A stretch of 32,000 nt of DNA. It comes from Halogeometricum borinquense DSM 11551 (GTDB taxonomy: Archaea; Halobacteriota; Halobacteria; Halobacteriales; Haloferacaceae). The notes beneath the pieces are model-generated. The model was not told the origin of the DNA and did no database searches. It saw nothing but the letters and a program-made list of their open reading frames with translations. How positions within the stretch are numbered: position 1 is the stretch's first letter; every line of letters begins with the position of its first letter. Where the stretch lies: NCBI RefSeq assembly GCF_000172995.2, contig NC_014731.1, positions 1-32,000 on the forward strand, in the 5' to 3' direction. The translations under genes were made by a program, and so were the position numbers. This document shows, one piece after another, positions 1-8,867 of the stretch.

Positions 1-230
1 GAAACCAGAGAGTCAGCAGCTCTAAGCAGTTAATCGGCATCGCCGATTTCATCGAGTGTTTCGGCCGCCAGCATATCCTCGATAGTCTCTGTGTCAGGCA
101 ATTTCGTTTACACTATCGGCTCTGAATCAAATAGTTAGTGCATAGAACGAGCACCGGACTCGGCGCGGTAGTTATCACGACATCGTGTTCGGTAAATAAA
201 ACATCACGCACAGGATTGATGTAACCATCT

Positions 231-1019
231 ATGAATAAACTCTCGTCTATATCCCTTGGCGTATTTGCCGTCGGACTCGTTGCAGCGGCGGCCGTCGTCA
301 CCACCACACTCCCGCTCTACACAGTTGTCGTTCTCTTTTGGATCGACTTAACGGTCTCACTGGTTCGGCGGGTATGTCAGACGTTGTTCGCCGCACCTCG
401 TGAAACGGTTTCACCGACTGGAGCGGACCCAGCACCAGAGGGAGGTAACTCAACGCTGTCGCCGTACGAGCAGGGACTCTTCCGGTTCTTCTCGGCGAAA
501 GTCGGGTCGATCTCATTAGTTGATCGACTGCCACCAGTAACGCTCCACAATGTCCGACCGTTCGTGAACGTCGTACTCATCTCACTGTTCTTTTTCATCC
601 CGATATCAGCAGTTGGGCTATCGTGGAAGATTCTTCCATCGGCGGTGTTCGACGAGTTTTGGTCGTGGCCAACACCAGCGCTTATCGCCGCTGGGGTGCT
701 CGCTGTCACGGTGAAACACGGACTGATCGTTCGACACCACACACGTTCGGGATGGCCGACTGCTGGGGCTGTCGCACCGCAGTGGCACCTCGGATTGTGG
801 ATGCTGTACTGGGTCCCGCTATGGTTTCTGACCAGTCTCCACGCGACAGGTCCCGAAGTGGGAACACTACTGACACTCATTGCGAGTCTCGTCGTTATCG
901 GCCGGACGATACGCGATAGTCGCTCGGTTGGCACAGCTATCCCAGACTCGTCGGAGGATACAACCGACTCAGAGTCTCCGGTGAACCCGAACTACCAGAT
1001 GCAGAGCCCGTCTCGGTAA
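231..1019 (+). CDS. Multi-pass membrane protein of unknown function
   Basis: 262-aa ATG-initiated ORF. It has several long hydrophobic runs (GVFAVGLVAAAAVVTTTLPLYTVVVLFWI, VVLISLFFFIPISAVGL, LGLWMLYWVPLWFL, LLTLIASLVVIG) and an acidic Ser/Asp tail. Codon third positions are GC-rich. No family motif recognised by eye. Confidence 0.55.
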   Translation: MNKLSSISLGVFAVGLVAAAAVVTTTLPLYTVVVLFWIDLTVSLVRRVCQTLFAAPRETVSPTGADPAPEGGNSTLSPYEQGLFRFFSAKVGSISLVDRLPPVTLHNVRPFVNVVLISLFFFIPISAVGLSWKILPSAVFDEFWSWPTPALIAAGVLAVTVKHGLIVRHHTRSGWPTAGAVAPQWHLGLWMLYWVPLWFLTSLHATGPEVGTLLTLIASLVVIGRTIRDSRSVGTAIPDSSEDTTDSESPVNPNYQMQSPSR

Positions 1020-1171
1020 TACGACCCAATCGCCGTGCTGTCCGAATTGCAGGTGCAGTTGACAGTCTTCTCCCGTTCGGCAACGCCGCAAGCAGTTTCC
1101 GCCGCACCGAAGGGCAGTTTGCCATCGCAGTCGTTCTCTCAATCGGTGTCCCACTCGTTAGTACCGAGGCC

Positions 1172-1306
1172 ATGCGGATCGACTCGGTCCTGCTTCTCAG
1201 TGTAGTGACGTTAGCGGTGCTCGGAGTCTACTTCGGCGTGAGTTTTTGCTTTCCGTTACTGTTTTCCATCCCATCGCACTTGCAGCAAGCAAGCAGGCGG
1301 CTATAA
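1172..1306 (+). CDS. Possible 44-aa hydrophobic micro-protein (below the ORF-track cut-off)
   Basis: ATG at 1172 and TAA at 1304-1306. The translation MRIDSVLLLSVVTLAVLGVYFGVSFCFPLLFSIPSHLQQASRRL contains TM-like segments. Supported only by ORF logic. Confidence 0.2.
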   Translation: MRIDSVLLLSVVTLAVLGVYFGVSFCFPLLFSIPSHLQQASRRL

Positions 1307-1512
1307 ACAGTAGTCCGCTTATGCTATTGAGGGAAACCATCCTGTTATCTGATATTTGAACGATACGACTATACTTTCTTTGCTACTGTCGCCAGACTGT
1401 TCGTCAGCACGTGTCGATTGATACACCTATGATTTCGGGCTTCAATCCAACGAGTGCTCCTGAAACCGTGGCTAGATCGTCAATAGTGAAGGGGTACTCA
1501 TTCCCGCCTCCA

Positions 1513-1533
1513 CCCCCGTTTCCACGTGGGACC
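1513..1533. promoter_or_regulatory. ORB-like dyad with C-string (possible origin-recognition-box-like site)
   Basis: The sequence is CCCCCGTTTCCACGTGGGACC, a C5 run directly followed by GTTTCCAC and a CCACGTGG palindromic core. As I recall it, the complement of the archaeal ORB is a G-string plus GTGGAAAC. The site lies in a 770-bp ORF-free, AT-rich stretch. Related GGACCACGT copies occur at 1567-1575 and 1648-1656. No orc1/cdc6 gene is adjacent. Confidence 0.25.
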
Positions 1534-1788
1534 TATCCGAAAATACAATTGACTGTGCTTCGTTCGGACCACGTCTTACCGGGATAGCAGGAGTGGTGCG
1601 ACGGGCTTCAAACGCCGGTACCTATGACGCTCCATCTGGTAGATAGGGACCACGTGTATTAGAATTTGTCCTTCTGTATCTCAATTTACTCTCATGTACT
1701 GTCTAATACATGCGGTATCTACTTCAATCCTACAAGGGTTCGTCTGTAACCATAGCTAAAGTCAAATTCAGAGTCAAGTATGAACTCC

Positions 1789-3543
1789 TCACATATCTTC
1801 AAAGAGATGCGAAGCATGGGATGTATCCAGATCAACTCCGTGGGCGTGGTATCCAAGCTTACTGGCTACCTTCAAAGTCGTTCCTGAGCCAGCGAAGGGG
1901 TCAAGAACCCGACCAGGTGAGTAGTCAGCATCACACTCGCACTCAGTCCACCGCACAGTTTGTCTCTGTGGGAAGGTGAACTCGCGGAAATACCCTTTCA
2001 AAACTTCCTTAGCGTCGTCAGCCAATTCTTGAGTCGATTTCTTATTCCGACCTGCGCCAGTTTGGTATTCCTTGGCTTTTCCAGCATCCGAAATGCCAAC
2101 TGCTTGTACAGCTCTTAAATGCTCAAATCCGAGTTCAGACTCGACAAAACGCTTAATCGCCCTCTGCGCCTGTCCTCGACGAGGGTTCAATTTGTAATAT
2201 TCGTATTTGATTAGATGGTTTACTAATTCTTCTGGATCATCGAGGTCGGAGATAAGCTCGTCTTTGTTCTTGTTGGTCACACGACGACGAGGGGCACCGC
2301 AGTCTTCACAGACTTGTGAAGGGCAAGCCAGAGTTAAAGCTCTACGAGCAAGATCTTCGGGGAATGGTGCTAAATGGTTTCGAGTATTTCTGTCGTGGCT
2401 CATCGACCAAACATCGATAGGGTTCGCTCCGGTCTGGTACAAATCAATGTATGCTTCTCTATCGTAGTAGTAGTCGTCTCGATCAAGTACGAGATGGAAG
2501 ATGTGTTCGTGCCGAGGTGCGAGCCTGTCGTCGACTGGTGATGGGACACCATTCTCTTTTGTCCAAATTATATCATTTCGCACAGTCCAATCCCCCTTCC
2601 GCGCTTTCTCAGCGAACAATCCGGGGATACCTTGCAGAGATTTGTATCGATAGGTATCGCCGATATTCAAAAATACAGAACCTGTTGGCTTCAAGAACTT
2701 TTTCCACTGATCCAATATCGTCACTAAGTTCTCTACATACTCTTCAGGATCGCTCTCTTGTCCAAATTCTTCGTCATCTTCGTCTAAATACTCTCTTTTT
2801 CTCCAGTAAGGAGGTGACGTGATTATAAGATCAACAGATTCCTCCTTTACCGGTATCTCAGAACGAGAACGTTCTTCAGCCGTGTTGAAGGGTGTGATGT
2901 ATCGGGCATCTGCCTCATGCAGCTCTAGTTCGGTCTCGTTTTTTTCGTGTTTGAATCCGTGTATCCTACGAATCTCTTCGGTTGGGGGGAGACCGAACTC
3001 TCGAAGTCTAAAGAAAGTCTTGAGTTCCTTGTCGAGATCTGCTACAACGTCTGGATGACTCTCTAACCGTTCGCGGACACGAAGATCAATTGTCTCCTCA
3101 GGCGTATTTGTCGCACTCTCATCTCCTAGGCGAACGAGGTTCGTATAGAACTCCCGGAACGAGACCTCGTGCGGAAAAGATACGCTGTCCGTGTTAATGT
3201 GCGTCTCGATTATTTCGATTAGACCATCCTTCGACCAGAGGCCATCTTCTCTCAGTTTGTAGTGATCTTTTATTTCGTCATAGAAGTAGTGTGAGAAGGC
3301 AACGTTTTTTTCGAAGTAGTCCTTGAGGCTATGGCTGTCTAGGGTCGCCGTGTCAACACCACCATCGTTCTTTACTTGGGCCGAGAAGCGACTAAGGTCG
3401 TCCTTCTCTGGATCTCGAAAATTTGTTGGGATGAGTATCTTATCTAAGTTATTGGAAAATATATTTGCAAATCTGCGCACATTCTCGTCAAAAAGATAGA
3501 AATCCTTCACCTCGGTTGGGTGACTGAGATCCTGATTAGACAT
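1789..3543 (-). CDS. Beta-class N6-adenine/N4-cytosine DNA methyltransferase with a long N-terminal extension and a Cys-rich insertion
   Basis: Motif IV DLIITSPPYW (SPPY = 2806-2817) precedes motif I DPFAGSGTT (FAGSGTT = 1876-1896), which is the beta-class permutation. IIWTK and APFPEDLARR are typical N6_N4_Mtase-family strings. I prefer the ATG at 3541-3543 (MSNQDLSHPTEV, 584 aa) over the track start at 3672, because the extra 43 codons overlap the neighbouring gene's upstream region and are Ser/Lys-rich junk. Codon usage is AT-rich. Confidence 0.88.
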   Translation of the reverse strand: MSNQDLSHPTEVKDFYLFDENVRRFANIFSNNLDKILIPTNFRDPEKDDLSRFSAQVKNDGGVDTATLDSHSLKDYFEKNVAFSHYFYDEIKDHYKLREDGLWSKDGLIEIIETHINTDSVSFPHEVSFREFYTNLVRLGDESATNTPEETIDLRVRERLESHPDVVADLDKELKTFFRLREFGLPPTEEIRRIHGFKHEKNETELELHEADARYITPFNTAEERSRSEIPVKEESVDLIITSPPYWRKREYLDEDDEEFGQESDPEEYVENLVTILDQWKKFLKPTGSVFLNIGDTYRYKSLQGIPGLFAEKARKGDWTVRNDIIWTKENGVPSPVDDRLAPRHEHIFHLVLDRDDYYYDREAYIDLYQTGANPIDVWSMSHDRNTRNHLAPFPEDLARRALTLACPSQVCEDCGAPRRRVTNKNKDELISDLDDPEELVNHLIKYEYYKLNPRRGQAQRAIKRFVESELGFEHLRAVQAVGISDAGKAKEYQTGAGRNKKSTQELADDAKEVLKGYFREFTFPQRQTVRWTECECDADYSPGRVLDPFAGSGTTLKVASKLGYHAHGVDLDTSHASHLFEDM

Positions 3544-3698
3544 TGGGTACTTTCCAGTCCTCATCGAGCTTGAAGACTTTGACGAAACGTTCGGTGACAT
3601 CGATGTTAGACGGTTTGATAGGATTCTTATTTTGTGTAATTGGAGAGAAAATTCTATACGGCCGTACTTCATCGGTCAATAGTACCCAGACAGGAGCC
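3544..3698. promoter_or_regulatory. Shared divergent promoter region between the methyltransferase and the GHKL ATPase
   Basis: 155-bp AT-rich spacer between the two head-to-head start codons (3543 minus, 3699 plus). It contains TATA-like strings such as ttctatac near 3652-3659. No transcript data, so individual boxes are not assigned. Confidence 0.4.
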
Positions 3699-5963
3699 AT
3701 GGCCCAATCGAATCTATCTTACAGCGACCTTGCTTCGAGCCTATACTCAGATTGCCACACAGAACAGGATGTTACGGAATTCCTCCATGACCAGCTCAAT
3801 GATGCTGAATGGGTAGCGCTTGGCAATCAGTCAAATAACTACAGTATCGTAGAGAACCAACAAAGTGAACCAATGGCCGCTCTCACGGAACTGATCGTCA
3901 ACTCAATCGACGCCATCATTCTCAAACAATTTCACCAAACTTACGGAGACGACTTTAGAGGAGACGAATTCAAGAATCTCCACGAGGCCGTTGAAGGAGT
4001 AGTTGACCTTGATACTGCTGAGATTAATCTAACGGCAACTGGTGAACAAAACGGTCCCTTATCTCTCTCTCTTTACGACAATGGATGCGGGCAACCAAGA
4101 GACCGCTTCGAAAAAACATTCTTGAATGTCCTTACTCCTGGAGAAATTAAGCAGGATTACGACTTCTTACAAGGAAAATATGGGATGGGTAGTACGGGTG
4201 TCCTCCCATTTTGTGGCGAGCGAGGATATAAATTCATCGCGTCAGCGGCTTACGACGAAGAACAAAAGTGGTCGTGGTCGCTGATTCGCAAGAACCGGGA
4301 GAAGACGAGGTACGAATATCTAAAAATCGACGGAGAGATTCCAACGTTCGAGGGAAAGTTCGCTGAAGAGAGTTCAGGGACATTTGTCAAAGTATTCGAC
4401 TATGATGCGGAGTACAAATCGAACATTACGAAGTACTTCCGCGGGATGCTTGAGCGGTATTTAGTTAACTCTCCGATTCCCATTACATTGAGAGAAACGC
4501 GGTATAGTAGTAGTTGGGGAGACCAACACACGCGAGGACTACGTCCCCGATTAAACGAGTCACCCGAAGTCGTCAAAGACGTCGATAAATTCGAACACAC
4601 GTTCGATAACGATGTCTTAGGGACAAAACAAATCGAGATCTATCTTATTGAATCGAAAAAGGAACTTGAAGAGAGAGGAATTAATCCGGACCGAAGAGGG
4701 GAGTTCGTTGGTGGTAAGCAGAACGACCATGCGATACTGTTCACTGTGAATGGGCAAACACACGGTGATCAAGGAGCTACTTTCCTCAAGACTCGCTGTA
4801 GCTACAACCGTGTCGGAGGAGACTCTATTGTGATGATTGACTTCTCCGACGTGTCGGACTCGGATATCGTCGACTTATTCAAGCCCTCCAGAGACCGTCT
4901 CCAAAACAAGGACCCTGCAAAGGCTCTGAAGTCGGAACTCGAGGAGATTCTCATCGACAACGACATGCTGGATCGGGAGGAACAGCGACGTCGAGACCGA
5001 ATAACAAAAGAGGATGCTGACGACCTATCAGAAGACATTTTGGAGGATCTACTTGAGAGAAACCCGAGTATCAAGAGATACCTTGAGACCGGTGAAAAGA
5101 AGCCTCGAGTAAAAGATGGAGACGGTAAGCAGGAACTCGAAGAGTACGACGGGGAATTCTTCCCCGACCGCTTCTTCGCCATCAAGAAGTTCCGCTCACG
5201 TTCGGACTACGAAATCTATTCCGAAGACGACGAGGATGGAGAACGCTTCAGGTTTAGAGTCCCAGTCAACTCAGACAAAAGGGTTCGGTTCGAACTAAAC
5301 GCCGAAGACGACTATCTCACGAGGAACATGGAACGGGGGGAAATCAAATCTTCCATACCCCCTGTACTGAAGACTAAGCATCTCAAGCATGGAATATTGA
5401 ATCTGACATTCGAACCACCAAGTGGGGCAGAAGTTGGGGATCAAGTACCGATTCGGCTTCAAGTCTCTCCAGCAAAACCACAGGCTCTCTCTCTCAACGT
5501 CGTGATGGAATGTACCGAGCCGGTTGAAGAAGAGCCAAAACTAAAAAAGAAACCCGACAAGACACCAGCAGAAGGGTTCGAGCTACCCCACAATCAGTGG
5601 GTTGATGAAGAAGAATGGGATGACTTCGAATTCGACGAACAAAGCATCGTCTCAGTACAACCTCGACCTGGTGAAAGTGGAATGGATATCTTCATCAATA
5701 GAGACGCTGCTCCTCTCCAGAACTATCTGAAGAGACACAACCTGAAGGACTCCGGGAAGACGATGGTGATGGAACGCTATCGACTTGCTACTGTATTCTT
5801 CTCAGCGACGCAGTACATTGAGCTCCGGCAACAGTATCAGGAGCATGAGGACTGGGAAGAGATTGAATTAACTCGGGTGGTAGAAGATGGAATGCGGGGA
5901 ATCGGTCAGGTCTTGTTGGACCTTATCATCGACGATGAAACACTCGACAAGGTGACCTACTGA
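3699..5963 (+). CDS. GHKL (Bergerat-fold) ATPase, MORC/paraMORC-like, with a large uncharacterised C-terminal region
   Basis: Three Bergerat boxes occur in the canonical order: N-box ELIVNSIDA (3888-3911), G1 DNGCG (4077-4091) and G2 GKYGMGSTG (4173-4199). I prefer the ATG at 3699 (MAQSNLSY, preceded by caggag, 754 aa) over the track's TTG at 3543. After the ATPase come about 500 residues with a very charged stretch (DREEQRRRDRITKEDADD, KKKPDK) and no motif I recognise. Confidence 0.8.
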   Translation: MAQSNLSYSDLASSLYSDCHTEQDVTEFLHDQLNDAEWVALGNQSNNYSIVENQQSEPMAALTELIVNSIDAIILKQFHQTYGDDFRGDEFKNLHEAVEGVVDLDTAEINLTATGEQNGPLSLSLYDNGCGQPRDRFEKTFLNVLTPGEIKQDYDFLQGKYGMGSTGVLPFCGERGYKFIASAAYDEEQKWSWSLIRKNREKTRYEYLKIDGEIPTFEGKFAEESSGTFVKVFDYDAEYKSNITKYFRGMLERYLVNSPIPITLRETRYSSSWGDQHTRGLRPRLNESPEVVKDVDKFEHTFDNDVLGTKQIEIYLIESKKELEERGINPDRRGEFVGGKQNDHAILFTVNGQTHGDQGATFLKTRCSYNRVGGDSIVMIDFSDVSDSDIVDLFKPSRDRLQNKDPAKALKSELEEILIDNDMLDREEQRRRDRITKEDADDLSEDILEDLLERNPSIKRYLETGEKKPRVKDGDGKQELEEYDGEFFPDRFFAIKKFRSRSDYEIYSEDDEDGERFRFRVPVNSDKRVRFELNAEDDYLTRNMERGEIKSSIPPVLKTKHLKHGILNLTFEPPSGAEVGDQVPIRLQVSPAKPQALSLNVVMECTEPVEEEPKLKKKPDKTPAEGFELPHNQWVDEEEWDDFEFDEQSIVSVQPRPGESGMDIFINRDAAPLQNYLKRHNLKDSGKTMVMERYRLATVFFSATQYIELRQQYQEHEDWEEIELTRVVEDGMRGIGQVLLDLIIDDETLDKVTY

Positions 5964-6287
5964 AGCTAACTCCAAACAACTCAACCCATAGGATTAGTCT
6001 GTAGCCCATGCAAATACACAAGTATAGAGCTCCGTAGACATGGTATTCAAATGAATATTTCCGTCGAACTCCCGGGGTTTGGGAAGATCGGTGTCGGCAG
6101 TAACTATCGTCCGGCCAATCCGGACACTACCCAATCATACCTTTCGACTCCGCTAACATCGCCTATCCTACCGTGTCAGCTACCGATTCCAACCACAATA
6201 AGAAACAGTCACTCGTCGTCTTCGACAGGCTCCAGCGTCGAGGCGTCGAAAAACGAGGTGACGACAACAGCGAGTCCTTGAGAACGT

Positions 6288-7916
6288 TTACTCTGGGATC
6301 GTTACTGTCACCGTTTCGGTATCGACGACTTCACCATCTCGGATGAATTTGATTGTGAGTTGGCGGTCCCCTGATGTGACCGTGAGATCCGGATGGAGAT
6401 ATTCAGTCGTGCTTGCTCCCGGTTTGATTTGTGATTCGAACGAGAGTGATTCGGTCGAACTCACGCCGTCGATCTCGTACCGAACCGAATCGTACACCAG
6501 CACCGAATCCCCAGTATTCTGAACGTCAAGGGTCAGGTCAGAGAGTTCCGGGGTATCGCTGTTATCGTTCCCGAACACGGTCGTGTCCACACTATTGATT
6601 TGAGCACTCGGGCCGTCGAATTCTTGACTACTGCTCGCCGTGACAGAATTTCCAGCACTAGTTAGTTCGAGTTTTACCGTCTCCTCGCCGCCATTGCTGA
6701 TGAACAACGCGGAGCCAGCACCCCAGCTATCATCCACAATCTCGTACTCTTCGGTCTCACCGCCAGCGAGCGATTGGATAGTCTGACTTTCCTTCACTTC
6801 ATGACCGTTGACTATCAGGCTTGCAGAGAAGTCGGTGGCAACATCACCGTTGTTCGACAGGGTAAATGTCGCACTAGTGAGCCGCCCATTCTCCCACACG
6901 GGAGTGAACGAATCGATACTGAGACTTGCTGAGGAGATTTCACGAGTGAACTCTTGGGTCGTGAACCCAGATGGGGAGTTCGCAATCGCCTGAAGTTGAA
7001 TTTCTCCCGACGTCTCTGGTTCGTAGATCGTTCCGCTGTAATGCGTAATCTCGTACTGGACGCTCTGTCCGGGTGAAATAGACTCGTTGTACGTCGAGGC
7101 AAGTACTTCGTCACCACGCTGGATACCCGCCCACGCTGAAGCCGTGAGGTCGCCTTGGTTTTCGACGGTTACCCGTGTCGATTCTAGCGATCCACCCTCC
7201 CAAACGGGTTCGACGTTCGTGATTGCCAAGTCGGGCCCCTCAAATGTCTTTGTGAACGAACTGGAGAGTTCATCTGCGGATGTAGTGACCGTGACCGAAC
7301 CGTGGACCTCACCGGCTGAGTGGATCGAGACTTTTCCGTAGGACGGAGTGATCGAGAATGACTCCGTCTCACCGGGCATGACCCAGACGTACGGACTCGA
7401 CTGCATTTCCGAGTCTCGAGCGTTGACGACCGCCTCAGAGATCTTCACGGGGAAATCACCGTTGTTGTTCACCGTTACGTTGACTCGTTGAAGTGTGTTC
7501 CCAGACCAAGCTGCTTCCGTAGTCGTGATTGTGGGTGACGCACCTTCGTAGGAGGCAGTCTTTGTCGACTTTGTCTCACCACCCTGCTGGAGGATAATCG
7601 TGTAATTTCCCGGACGGGGGTCAACGAGACTGAACGCCGCCACTTCTTGATCCGGCTCCAGCGTCGTCTTTTGGATCACTTGGCCGGACGGTCCCTCAAG
7701 GAGAGCGTCTGAATAGTCGTCTACAGTGTAGTTGAACATCAAAAGCGGCTGATCCTCATACTCTCCAAGCCGAAGATCAGATACGGTTGGACCGCTACCC
7801 AAGCCTGTCGCATCGAGTGCCGCCCCGCAGCCCGCAAGGGGTGCGAGTATCAGGAGAGTAGAAAAGGCGACCGCGAGTCGTCGAGTATCTGCGTCCGCTT
7901 GCATTGATAATCTCAA
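6288..7916 (-). CDS. Tat-type lipoprotein with about five tandem CARDB/Ig-like modules
   Basis: The N-terminus DTRRLAVAFSTLLILAPLAGC carries a twin-arginine motif plus a lipobox Cys. A roughly 100-aa unit recurs with the CARDB-like signature: VNVTVNNNGDFPV, TRVTVENQGDLTA, ATFTLSNNGDVAT, LTLDVQNTGDSVL. The start could instead be the second Met at 7904. Confidence 0.75.
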   Translation of the reverse strand: MRLSMQADADTRRLAVAFSTLLILAPLAGCGAALDATGLGSGPTVSDLRLGEYEDQPLLMFNYTVDDYSDALLEGPSGQVIQKTTLEPDQEVAAFSLVDPRPGNYTIILQQGGETKSTKTASYEGASPTITTTEAAWSGNTLQRVNVTVNNNGDFPVKISEAVVNARDSEMQSSPYVWVMPGETESFSITPSYGKVSIHSAGEVHGSVTVTTSADELSSSFTKTFEGPDLAITNVEPVWEGGSLESTRVTVENQGDLTASAWAGIQRGDEVLASTYNESISPGQSVQYEITHYSGTIYEPETSGEIQLQAIANSPSGFTTQEFTREISSASLSIDSFTPVWENGRLTSATFTLSNNGDVATDFSASLIVNGHEVKESQTIQSLAGGETEEYEIVDDSWGAGSALFISNGGEETVKLELTSAGNSVTASSSQEFDGPSAQINSVDTTVFGNDNSDTPELSDLTLDVQNTGDSVLVYDSVRYEIDGVSSTESLSFESQIKPGASTTEYLHPDLTVTSGDRQLTIKFIRDGEVVDTETVTVTIPE

Positions 7917-8395
7917 ATGTCCGGACAGTGTCTTGAATCTGTTGAGATAATATCCAAATTGATAATCTCAATCGCCTCTGTACTAGCAATAGGTCCGAAA
8001 AGATGTCCCATGTTCGTATCACACAATTTCAAATTTTGGATTGACTTCGGCCAATTCGGACACCACCCGCCCAATCTTTTCGCATCCACTAGCCACGGCT
8101 AACATGCAGTGCCCACAGACACTACCGCAAATCAGCTACTCGCTGTCGTCGAGCGCTTCGACTTCGGACGCCGCAAGTGCGACGGTGTGCCGACCGAATG
8201 TGTTACCCCACAGGGTTTGTCTGAAACTGGCCACTCGAAGCATATGAAACGGAGGTCCGATGAACGTCGGAAACCCGGCCCCTGTCACGTGCTTCGCCAC
8301 CGTCACAGTCAGTATAGTTCGTCAAGAAGACGCCATATGGTGAACACAGATCCGGCGACCCTAGCCTTCCTCAGTGGCTTAGTGGTCTTCGCCCT

Positions 8396-8629
8396 TTGCT
8401 TCCTCGTCAACGACACACTGAAGTCTACGAGTTAGGTGTCCGGGCCGGGTTGTTCTCGCAGGACGTTGCCGACCGACTCGAAGAACTCTGGATCGAGAAC
8501 CGGTCGGAGTCGTACTATCGAACTGGAATCGCTGGCGAGTATCGCGCGCAAACGCTCCTCTCGCTTGCCGGCACGCTCCACGAGGAAGTCGTCGCACTGA
8601 CGCGGACGCAGGACTGTCTCTGTGACTGA
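8396..8629 (+). CDS. Hypothetical small protein (weak)
   Basis: 77-aa ORF with a TTG start. The acidic, helix-like segment EVYELGVRAGLFSQDVADRLEELWIENRSESYY looks protein-like. The 5' end is unclear, and a short upstream ORF in another frame (MVNTDPATLAFLSGLVVFALCFLVNDTLKSTS) hints at a frameshifted remnant. Confidence 0.25.
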   Translation: MLPRQRHTEVYELGVRAGLFSQDVADRLEELWIENRSESYYRTGIAGEYRAQTLLSLAGTLHEEVVALTRTQDCLCD

Positions 8630-8867
8630 CCGAGAAGAACCACTGTGACTGACACACAGCAGGCGTCCGCGAGACGGGGATCAAGGCATCCCGACGAACC
8701 AACAAAGACACCCGTGGATTTTAATCCAAATCTGACAGAACTACAAGTGTTGGTGGAGACGTTCGCGGTCACAGTGGCGAGGGTGAGCCGGTTAGGACCA
8801 CGAGTACGTTCACGCTCGGCATGGCGAATCTGCACTTTCACAACCGAGTCCGATTCCCCGATATCAA

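Noticed and set aside
3544-3672. ORF-track starts that make the methyltransferase (start 3672) and the GHKL ATPase (TTG at 3543) overlap by 130 nt
   Set aside because: Both N-terminal extensions are low-complexity and hydrophobic or Ser-rich, and they would put each gene across the other's promoter. The internal ATGs at 3543 (minus) and 3699 (plus) give clean divergent genes.
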